Assembly: GCA_000934665.2 (NCBI GenBank)
Contig: JYFJ02000451.1
Coordinates: forward strand, 62,001 to 126,000
DNA length: 64,000 nt
Direction of reading: 5' to 3'
Origin: Catajapyx aquilonaris
Taxonomy: Eukaryota
Both the position numbers and the translations under genes were made by a program. Below the pieces are notes generated by a model. That model was not told the origin of the DNA. It saw nothing but the letters and a program-made list of their open reading frames with translations, and searched no databases. The stretch's first letter is position 1; each line of letters opens with the position of its first letter. This document shows positions 25,501 through 37,500 of the stretch, piece after piece.

Positions 25501-28500
25501 CAGATCACAATTTGCAACGGACACGTGCTGTCGATCGGCCCATTGGTGGATCCCCCCTGAACGACCTGAAGACACAACGACGCCCGTGTGAACCCCAAGG
25601 CTTCCTATATAATGAAGGTCATTTGAAGACTGATCCAGCAACCGAAAGGGGGGCTATGTGAGAAAGGATTAGGAGCCGGAATTCTTCACCCCCTTCACCT
25701 TTTTTTTTCAACTCACTTTTTACTCACTATAAAGAGCTGTCCCCGGGGTCCCGCATTCCATTATGGCTCAGTATGTACTTTTGTGAAGGCTACAGCATTC
25801 ACGATGTTTTGTGGGCAATCCCCTTCCTCTCACAGACTTTTCTCGATTCAGATGCAAAGTTTTCTCACTTCAACTGGTTCGAAGGCTGTTGCTAAGAGAA
25901 GACCCCCACAGGAATTTCTCATCTTCCTAACCAATTTCCGGAACCCATTTGCAATAAGAGGATTCGAGAGATGAATCATAATTTAAGCTTAAGGAGGGGG
26001 GACCTCCACCGACATATTCAAAAAGTTTACAGATTTAGCTAATTTGTTTAATAGTTGGAGAAATTTTCAACAGGACATTCATTTTCTTCTAACAGGAAAA
26101 ATGGTTAAACATTTTTAACAGGAAATATCTGGGTTCAGGTCACGTTTCTTGGGAGGTTTTTAAAGTGTTGTTTTCCTTTTTCACTATCAATGTCTGGAGG
26201 GGATGACTAACATGCGGGTGATGACTAAGGCGCGTTTATTTGGGATGATCGCAGTAAACGACCGTTTGGAGACTGCTCATTCCCCCCCGGAGGACATCAG
26301 CTGGAAACGATCGAGAGAGTGGGGTGTGCCCCCGCGATCAAATATTGTCCCGAGTTGGTGGTTTTATGGAGGCTTGAAACCAGTATGAGTCGTTTTTGGT
26401 TGGAGGGAGAAAAACCACATGATATGAGGTGGAATGTGCGCTGGCAGCTTGCTTGTAAAGTTCTCTTCCTTCCTTGGGCAGGACCGAGTTCCAGGCATTC
26501 CTTCCTCTGATAGCTGCTTGACCTGCTCGGTTTTTGAAGGGAGGAAAAAGAAGCGCCTGAAGGCCCACCATGTCAGATTATAACCATTTGTCTCCCTGAA
26601 ATTATCGCATTTTTGGAGAGACGATTGTGTTGATTTTTTAAAGAAATGGTGTGGCTTTTCTGAGAATGGGCGTGCGTTTCTATGAATTTTATAGTTGAGC
26701 TACTGTAGCTTGGGTGTAATGTAAGGTGGGGAAAAAAAAGACAGGATGACATGTCTCTGTGATTTCAAGCTGACACCTCCTGAAGATTGATGCGCTGCCC
26801 CATTACCAGGGTTTGCCCACGGGGTGACCCGGAAGCTCATCCATTTGTCTCCTGGACTTGATGGCAATGTTAATATTGGCTAGGTTGCATTAGAAAATGC
26901 CAAAGGTTCCAACATGGTGTTTCTTATTAATCAGTCTGGCTTCATTCAGACAGCAAAATGTGGGTTGAACTGTTCCATGGTCTATACTGCACGGTCATAA
27001 ACATGATTGACCCAGTCCCGGTACAGATGTCCCCTTGCATGATGTGCGAAAGGGACATTTGGTTAATTCCAAGGCCCTTTTTGAGCAGGTGCATGCGACT
27101 GACTTCCTCCGTTCAAATAGTGTGACCATTTTAGTTTCTTTTTTGTAATGCCAACCTGGGCGTGGTTCACCTGTTTAATACCCCACAGGAAATGCCGTTC
27201 CCTAATTATTTTGTGCTCCATGGTTTTGGCACCACGGTCACCCAGAATAAGCTACGTCTGGACCGCTACTAGGGCTGCTGCATTCAGATTGTTTTTAAGT
27301 GGTGATATCCTGGATGTCATGGCGGCACATTTATTTGTGATTCCATAATCCATTTTAATTGAGAGGACAAGTGTGGGTGTGGACTGCGACGCTTCTGAGG
27401 AGGCTTTGTATGTAATTATGTGTGGACATATGTGGAGCAAGTTTTTGGGGGGTGGGCCATGGTTGGCATGTGACATGGAGGATATCGTGATCACGTGCGG
27501 AAGGGCAGAGTCTAATTTGACTTGACGTTATGTCACGACATAATCTGACTGGGTAGCTGGGATAAAAATTATGACGTGAATATTTATGCGAATTTTGCGA
27601 AATGTATGGATTACAGTTTTGTGAGTTGCACATCCAACCCACCCCTAGGGAGACATCGGCGAGATTACAGTTTTGCAGTTGTGTGGGGGACAGAATTGAT
27701 CTGTTACAGTTTGAGTAGGTCGTCTTACTAAGAATAGAGGCGGATTGATTCAGGTCGGATCGATGCAAGTCATCCGACGGAACTGTAAATTTCAGGTATT
27801 ATCTTCACGCTCTCTGAACCATTTTGAGTAGGTTTTTCACTTCTCCGCTTGGGGTAGCACCCAATTTTTGTGGGTGAAAATTTTCCTGCAATACCTGAAG
27901 TAATTTGAGTGAATATGTCGCACCATAATATTTTGTCACCTTTTTAGCCTATGACTGCATTGATTGGTCAGTTACAAACAACCATATACTGCAAAGCCGT
28001 GAAAACAATTCCAAGTGACAGTAGAAAACAACACAAAAATAATTTAAAGAGCAGCACATGCCGTCACACATAAGCGGACAAGAAAAACAGGAAGCTGTCG
28101 GATACTTCTTTTGAAAAAAACAACTCCTGGATGGTCTTGTTTGTGTGGATGTCCTATGACATTAGTACGACCCGGCTGAGTGTGGGCGTTTGAAACAGGC
28201 CATAATAAAAAGCGATAAGGACCCTTCTTTGGTAATAACGCACGGATTATGTGGTTCAACGGTGGTCGCGGAGTTCTGATACCGTTATACATGTTATCTG
28301 ATAGAGTAGGCTTCAAGGTTGTTTTTTATTGCGAGTGTCCTAATTTTTGCTGTGATGTTTACTTCCAGATCTGTCCAGGGCTCAGAGGAGTTTGTCGCAA
28401 AACCTGCAGAACTTTCGCTTCGAATGCATCGGAAGTACTCAGACAGACGACGAGATCGTGATAGCCGGTTCGCTGAAGGAGTTTGGACGTCTCATAGCAG

Positions 28501-31500
28501 CCATCGAAGACGAACGAGATCGTATGGTGAGAGTCTTGTCTCACAACTTTCACGTTTTACCACATGACTTCCTAATTATTTTTTTTGAAACGAAAAAAAA
28601 GTGGACTCATTTGGTATGTCCTGGGTGATGTCAGTTGTGTCGAAAGTGAGAATGAACCTTCTGGAAGGTCAGGGCGCGGGTCGTCGCCTCCTGTCATTTC
28701 TGCGACACGGATCTAGTCCAGGGAGATATGCAATTAGAAGTGACGTTTGGGACGAACCGGATGTTTGTGCAAAACAAAGTGTCAACCGTGTCCTTCTCTG
28801 CACGAACGGTGATGGGCAAAATTTTCGCAATAAATCTGCGAAGTTGCTATGTTGTAAGTGCGGAAGTGTTATCTTACGACGGAAGTTGACACTCTGCAAG
28901 TTATCGCTCGAAAAATTCCTTAGATTTATTATCCAGCAGGGGGTTGGACCCAGACCCCACAAAAAAAAATTCCTCTGGATCAATATGACGACTCCTCAAC
29001 TTTCTTAAAAGAAAAAGGAGGAATTACCCTCGTTGGTTTCGCCTCTTTTTTGGGGGGGAACCACTGTGAATTTATCTCCCCTGGAAGTCAATAAAAATTC
29101 TTTGATCTTGGCGGAAATGGGCAGAGAGCTGGGGTTTCCATGGCAGCATCCAAGAAGGAGGGGTTATACCTGAAGCAAATGTTGGTGGGCTTGCAGGTGA
29201 TTAAATAATGAGAACAGTGTTGAGTTATTCAGGGTTGTGCGGAGTACACTAAAGCGTGTCCCTTTCTGCCCAGATGAATATTCACCGGGCCGGATGATTA
29301 GGTCCGGAACACGTAGCCTCTAGGGAGAGAGGAACAATTTACGTGGACGTGATGGCTGTTCATGAAAAGGGGTGAATGTTGCCACATTTGCAGTACAGAG
29401 TGTACCGAAAGTACACGTGTCTGTTTGCCCTACTTGTGATTATAGTGTGTGTATACGCAAGGTTGTGATGGGCATGCATTGCATCGTACGCCTTTTTTTT
29501 GTGTGTAACGGATCCTGTCAAACTGGTTACTATGGGGCTTGAAAAACTGTGTCATGGGATGACGATGCTGGGATGCTGAAGCCGGATTCTTATTTCGTTT
29601 GTGTACCCAGAGGATTTACCGCGGGGGGGGGGGGGGGGGGGGNGTTTTCCTGGTCCGAGGACAGAGGAAACAGAAGCCTGAGTAATGTCTTTCCATCAGG
29701 GACTATTAACCCTGAGCGTTTTTTGGCAAGCATCCCAGCTGGCGTCGGTGCCAAAATTGCGCCGATACCGTGAGAGAAAATGATTCAATTCGGTCGTACC
29801 CTGAGCCCTCCAGGAAAATATATTGCTTCTTCACATCGCGGCTGTATTGTATATAGTGAAAGGTGAGATTCGGCTCACGTACAGGGGGAGAAACTGGACA
29901 GACTTGTTTCCCTATCGTCTAGAATAATTATTGTGCCACTCAAAAGTTTTTTTGTTGTTGTTGTTGTTGGTATGTGCGTTACGTTGCGACTTAAAAGGTG
30001 GGTCTTCCTTACAGCTGGAACGTGCTCATGACCAATTCATAGTCCCACTGGAGAGCTTCCGGAAAGAGCACATTGGAGGAGTCAAGGTGAGATTTTTTTT
30101 TTTGAGCTAATTTTAAAGCGGGTATGTACCTGGTCCACAAACGATTGGACTAATTGTATATGCACATATTTGCGGTGGACCTCGTTTGAAGCGGCTATTA
30201 GCGACCAAATTGCAGCTACTTGCGCACGCATAGCCTTTTTAAATAATTTTTGTTGAAAAAAGAGGGCCAAAGTACACATGGCGAATTTGCTTTGGTCATG
30301 CCCATGGCTTTGGCTCGGTTGGACTGCTCCATGTCCTTTTATAAAAGCACCGTTACAAGTTTGTCTCCGGGGGCGACCTCAAACTGCTGTTAAATGAAAT
30401 TTGAATTCTTCTTGCCTCAATTCCACTTCCTACTTTCCATAGGAACAGAGTGTACGTGGTTTAATTTAGGAGGCTGCGGCTGCGACGGTGTAAAGCAACG
30501 CGCATTGTTTCGCAACCTGATACGTTATCCGAAGTTGATAGCAGACATAAATAATTTGTCCGCCCGAAGTAGGCGTACACAGCGCTGATTGTGATGCTGC
30601 TAATTTTAACATTTATGTATTGCGAATTTTTTTTTGCAGCAACTTACGTAAATCCGCGGCATGGTCGTGCACCGTACCTTCTTATTTAAAATTCACGGTC
30701 CCTCGAGTGTAAAGCACGTATGTGCCAGAAGGGCGTGTCATCGTTGGAAGTATGCGCGATTTGTGTTGATATGAAAAGGGCTCGTCGAAGGTCATGGGCA
30801 CGACCAGGAACCGGTACCAGTTTTAGCGAATTGATTTTTTTTTTTTTTTTTTTGGCAAACAGCCCTGGATTTTCGGCGGACTTCCTTCGAGGAAGTTTTT
30901 CCTTCTTCCCGTCTACAACGCTTGAGTTGTCGCCAAAGAGGTCCCCGCCCTGTAAAGACCGCTAGGTTGGTTCATCCTCAGAACGAAAGGGCCCACCCGG
31001 ATTCACACCCTGGCATGGGGCAATTGCAAAGTGGACAAATTTCGGTGGACTAATTTCAAATGCTATTGACCGGAACCTTTTTTCCGCCCTTTAGGACGTT
31101 CACCTTTAACCTGCGGAGATATTTTAGAAACTCGTAGAATGCATAATACAGAGTGAATTTACATTATGAAAAAGGGTGGGCTATTTTTAGGAGGAATACG
31201 ATGGGAGAGATAGCGTAAATAGCATTGCTACATGAACATTATTTGTGACATTGTGACATTATTTTTTTTGTTGCAGGAAGGGAAGAAGAAGTTTGAGAAG
31301 CAGACGACCAAGTTTTGTCAGAGTCAGGAGCGATATTTGAATCTGTCGACTAAAAAGCAGGATACGGTTCTGCAAGAGGTGAGTTCGCTATGATTTTTCT
31401 GAGTGTGACATGGACAGGTGTTGGGCACCCGGAAGGATGTGCCAGTTGTGTGCCGCGTGTCAAGGTGAAGCGGACAATAGGCTCGTTTGGTTCAGAGCAA

Positions 31501-34500
31501 ACGGGCTATTACAGTGCGAAGTTATGCCAGGTTGACGTAACACCTTGGTACGTCATGCAAATTTTTCTGCCTGTCCATGCCCAATGTTGTTAATAATTCA
31601 CAATTAATGAATAAGATATTGTGCGTGACTGCGCACATTTTCGCAATTTGCTGCATTTTGCAGTTATTTCTGGATGGTTCACATAGGGATAAGAGTAATG
31701 GAATTTGCTCGTTGCGATGACTTTTGTGGAGATAAAATGTGGGTACACACAAGAGTGTTTATAATGTGTGCTTTTTTTGGTTTGTTTGAAGGCGGATGCC
31801 ACGTTGGAAATGGAACAACGTCATTTTTGCCAGGCCAGTTTGGAGTACATTTTTTTGCTGCAGGAGGTGCAGGAGAGGAAAAAGTTTGAGTTTGTGGAGA
31901 CGGTGAGTTCACCTGCTTTTTTTGTACAGTAACTTTCAAAGCATGAATGAGCGATGTTACATAAGTTTCATGTTGTAGTATGTTGATGAGTAGGTTTCAA
32001 GCGGAGGTAATATTTAGGAGGTTCTTTTGGCCTGTATAATGAGACATAAATTGTGTCTTGGAAGGCAGTTAACAGTTCGGTGGTAAAAAACATTGAGAAA
32101 CTTTCCCACCTGCCCTCAGTCGATGTAACACCTGCTTTTATTGATACAAACATGCAGTTTATGACTCAAGAAAGAGGGACGCCTTGAGCTGAACAAAAGT
32201 TTTGCGATACCCCAGTTAAAAACGTATATTGCTATCGTGGAGTTCGACTTCGTGTGGAGATAGCATTAAATTGGTTCATATTCCCTTGGGGCACCCTGCA
32301 GGATGAGGAGGGAGGAGGGGAGAAGGACTGGTTTTCTTCTTTTTTTTTGCCCCTTATCTTGTCTCATTGGTCATGATAGCACTAAAGTAGTGTATGAATT
32401 TTGCAGATTTTTAAAATTAACTCTCATTTTCCAAACTGAGAAGGAAAATGCATGATATGAAAAGTGGATTATCATAACAAGTGCATTTATGGTAGTATAA
32501 TGAACTTATAAAGCATTTCGACTGAGGAAATGCTGCAGGTTGTATGTGACTAATAATAATTATTCAAAAATACGTGTCGTGGCAGTACCACACTACGTCC
32601 TTGGCCGTTGGACTAGTATAGAATATACTATACAATATTAATGCAACAGTAGACTTTCTTCAGGGAAATTATGTTAATGCTCACTGTAGCCAAAAAGTGA
32701 ATGTGTAAATAGACACTTGCAAACACATGATTTTGTGGGGCATCAAGTTCATCCTGCGTGACCTCAAATCTAGCCCTGCCCACTGCAGCAATGCTACATG
32801 TACATGTCTCCATTAGTGTCAATCTTAATGAAGCGCATTCTCTTGCTGACCCCTTGCAGCTCCTGGGTTTTATGTACGGTTGGCTCACTTTCTACCACCA
32901 AGGGCATGAAGTGGCGAAGGACTTCAAGCCTTACATGACAGAGCTGCAGATCAAGATCCAGAAGGTATGACCGCACGGGAGGAAATTGCAAGGGGCATGG
33001 ACATTTATGCATGAGCAACAGAATAATTTAGTCAACCCTCTGACATGTACGCTGCTGGCAGTGTGTGTTTTCTCTTCACAAAAATGGCGAGTGGGAGACC
33101 AGCTTTTTTTCAGTGCAAATACTTGTAATTTTGTCCTGTCAAAGCGGAATTCAGGCTTAAGTTATTGCTTACAATTTTGAATGACCTTCTTACTGACTTT
33201 TGTGAGTGGTTTTGCTCATGAGACTTATGTAGTGGATGAATATTTCTTCCTATGTTTTTGTTTCATGCATGCCTTTTCAGACTAGAGAGAATTTCAACTC
33301 TACCAGGGACCAAGCGGAGTGTTTAAAGAATAAGATGCTGGAGGTCCGGAAAACGGTAATGCCACTTTTAATACCTGCTTCTTTTTTTATTTTCTGTTAC
33401 TCTGTTAGATTTTAGAGCCTTGTTGGTGGGAAGTTTCCAAGCAAGCTTATATACTGTAGTTTTATAAATGTTTGAGATTTTCAGACCACCAAACATTTCT
33501 TTTGCACTTGGACATAATCAGAGATAAGTATTCATAAATGCAGAAAATTCCAGTCAAGTAAAGATGGTCACTCAGGGACTTAAATTTGCTACATTGCATG
33601 TGGATGGTCAGTGGTGTGACCAACATTGTCCACACATTAACATGTGTAACAATATGTTTGGCAGTCCACTAGTCAGTTAGCAGTGAATGACAATAGAACT
33701 TGCTATTGTCCTGGTCGGTAACTAGCCTGTCGATGCTAATATACTGCCACACCCACAGAATTGTTGGTTCACGTAAGCATATGACCAAGGGGGTAACAAC
33801 TTCGTGGAACCGGTGTACAGGGTCCCTGTAGAACCTGCCTGGAATTGCCTTGGAACCTGCCTGGAACTGGGTGGAACCACCTGGTTCCAGGAACTGGTGT
33901 ACACTTTTTTGAGGAGTTGTGAACCCCTTGCATAAGACTTAAATCTCCCCACCAGCTGTTTAGAATATATCACTACCAATAAGTTAGATTGAAATTTATA
34001 CTTATGATATCGACTGTTATTCTAGAAACCTCTGGATCCTGGAACTCTCAACAAAATGTACACAAGACAAGGGTACCTGTTCCTGATGGAAAAGAGTTAG
34101 TATTTCAGTCGGAGAAGAATTGCTTACTGCTGCTTAGACTTCTCTACTGAACTGATTTGTACTATTGCAGAGGCATTTGGCACAACGTGGACCAAACATT
34201 ACTGCCAGTACCAGAAGGAAAACAGGAACTTCTCCATGATTCCCTACAACCAGGTCACGGGCAAATTTGTAAGTACTTGTTAATGTGCATACATATTTAG
34301 CATGGAATGAATATTTCATGTGGGTTTTGTATTTGCAGAGCACTGTTGAAGTCATGAGGCTCAAGTCATGTGTAAAGCGCATCCCAGATTCTATAGAGAA
34401 GCGGTTCTGCTTCGATGTGACTGCAGATGACAGGTGAGATGGAAACTCTTGTGTTCTGTGAGCAGTTTTTAATTCTTTGGCGTGGGTTAATTTCAGGCCG

Positions 34501-37500
34501 GGAATCGTGTACACCCTTCAGGCAATTTCAGAGGAAGATAGAAAGCTGTGGATGGATGCCATGGATGGCAGGGAACCAACTGTAAGAAGTTGTCAGCCTG
34601 TCATTGCCTGATGTCCACTTAGAAACTTTTCTTAAAGCAACCGTTCCATTTCAGAACTTTCTTCAGGTCGCCAACAAGACTTCCAAACCCGAGGAGACCT
34701 GTCTGGATGAGATGGGCTTCAAGTTCGTGAGCATCTGCATTGGTGAACTAGAGAAAAGGGGCTTGGAAGATCAGGGGTTGTATAGACTAGTCGGAGTTGG
34801 GTCAAAGGTGAACAAGCTCCTTCAGATGGGTCTGGACCGCAGAAAGATAGAAAAACTTAACCTGGAGGACCCCTGCGAGTGGGAGAGCAAGACCATCACC
34901 AGCGCCCTCAAGACCTACTTCAGGAACTTGCCCGAGCCACTGATGACCTTCAGGTCCCACAATGCCTTCATTGCAGCTGCCAGTTAGTGTTTCTTACCTT
35001 TTTTTAAATTAGCAATTCAATTGTCCTTTACTCTTACAGGTTGTAAATTACATGGGTATAGTCATTTGCTAGGAGTTAAGGTCACAGAAGTCCAGGGGGA
35101 AGGTGGAGTTTTAGGAATACAAATCATGGGGAAAAACGAGAGATGGTGAAGGTGTCAGATAGTGATGTAGGACACTTCATCTCTGTGTATCGACGACAGC
35201 TAGATCATGCATTAAGTTTTCGTTCACTGCTGTACGTTATGCTTGAGCAAGATAGGTCCTGCTTTTGTCATTGAAGGGCTTCTCAAATTTGTGATATCAA
35301 GACTGTTGTTTACGTATGTATGTCATGAAGAGTTGAAATGCCATGATATGACTTTGTGTAGCATATCACTGACTAGATAAGAACTGTCAATCGTCGCAGT
35401 GGCAGAGTTCATGGGAGTGCACTTACTAATTTACAAGTGCGGAGGGAATGAAACCTTCCCAGTTTATTGATTCAGCCTGAAAAGATTTCAGTAGGTGCCC
35501 TAAAAATAATATTGATTTAGTACTTGCATATGACTGCACTTGCATGTGAATCAGCACATGGCAGTGACAGTGATTGATTTCACTAAAATGAATTTTACAT
35601 TGTGTCACTTAATGTCCCAACAACATATGTCAGTACCATTTCTGGTACATTACTAACAAGGGAATGACCGCTGGTCACCTCCGATTTGGTTGAAACTTGT
35701 TTGAGGGGTCACTCATGTGCGATAGACGTTGTGGTGGAAGTCCTACATGACACTGTCCAGCCATTTCCAAGATCTGAGTGACAGAAACACATGAATTTTG
35801 TCCGCGCGTGTAGGGGCCTTACCAGGCCTTGCACTTGTCCCTTTGGGCAAAATTTGTAATAACAATTTTTTTAAAATCATACTCACTGAAGGCTGCCATA
35901 AATGAGAATATTTTCTGAAACATCTTTTGTTGTGTAGTAAGTCATAGTATCCTTCTTTGTCCACAGAACAAGAAGCACCAATGTACAGGATTAATGATGT
36001 CCACACTCTGACTCACCGACTCCCACAACCCAATCAGAAGATGCTGGAAATCCTGACCTTCCACCTGAAGAATGTGGCTGCTAAAGCAGACAAGAACCGC
36101 ATGACTGTAAGCAACCTAGGGGTCTGCTTTGGTCCCACATTGCTTCGGCCTGAAGAGGAGACCATGGCAGCTATTATGGACATCAAGTTCTGCAATGTGG
36201 TGGTGGAAATCCTAGTGGAGAACTGTGACACCATATTCCGCACCCAACCCCTACCAGCTTCCGAAATGGCTGCCCAGAGCATGCCCAGAGTTGATGTCAG
36301 GCCACCAAAGCCACCCAAGTCACCATCACCTCCATCGTCAGGATCGTCACCTGCTTCACCTGCATCTCATGGGAGCTACCAGCAGTACGTGCATCACCAC
36401 AGCCACCAGCAGAGGTCAGGAGTAAACAATAATGGGCAGCACCAGAGTCACACCTCTCCAGTCAGACAGGGACAGTCGGGAGGAGGTCAAGGACCAGCAT
36501 CTCCTCCAGTGGTGAATTCTATGGGGCAGCAGAAAGTCAGCCCACTTCACGTGAGTTCCATAAGTACTTAATAATTTTAGGGGTACATTTGATGTGGTTT
36601 GAAATCGTTCTGATGTCAGTCAGCAATATAGTTTATTTGTTGAATTTCTTGAATTAAATGCTGTTCTATGAGGGCCGTACTAAAATGATTTACAATTTAT
36701 TTTTTTGCCACAAATACAGTGCCTGTACAGGTCGGCACATAGTCACATATTATGGATACAATCATCCTGGAGCCGAATACACGGGAGTCATGGGTGTGAA
36801 ACCTATCTGTGCCCTCCAGGAACAATTTTTTGGAGGTTCGGCGCACCCCCTCCCAGACAACTGCTTATACAGTCAACAATGTCCTCGAAATTGCATCAGC
36901 GAAGGAGTTTTTTTCCTGGATCTGAACAGGTGAAAGTCACTTGAGGCCAAGCCGGGTGAGTGCAGCGGGTGTGGAAGCACCCAAACCCAGATACATGGGA
37001 AAAAACCTTCGCCAATGCCATTTCAAGGACACTGTTGACAGTTGTTTACGTTGCTGATTGTGCACAGTCGTCCAGGAGTGGGGGCGTCGCACCTCCAAAA
37101 AGTGGTTCCTGGAGGGCCTGGAGAGATTGACACACCTGTGGAGGTAGTGCATTCGGCTCCAGGAGGATTCTATCTATAATGTGTGACTATCTGCTGACAT
37201 GTACAGGTACTGTATTTGTGGCAAAAAAAATAATTGTAAATCATTTTAGTATGACCCTCGTACATCTTCAACGTTGCTTTTTTGAGCAGACTTACAGTGA
37301 ATGTTAAACACTTCATTAGTTAGAAAAATAGAGAGAACTAATGAATGTTGCAGAAGTATGGTAGCATCTCAACCGACATTTGATTTAGGTCAACCGAAGA
37401 TTTTTGCTTCAATCTGGTGATAGTTTATCGATGTTGTAAACTGGGTTATGTTGACCTTGCATTGAATTAGGGCCACACTTGGCCGTGCATGTGCAGGATG

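Noticed and set aside
29623..29644. Long poly-G with an ambiguous base as a G-quadruplex element
   Set aside because: The homopolymer contains an N, so its length is unreliable; it may be an assembly artefact.
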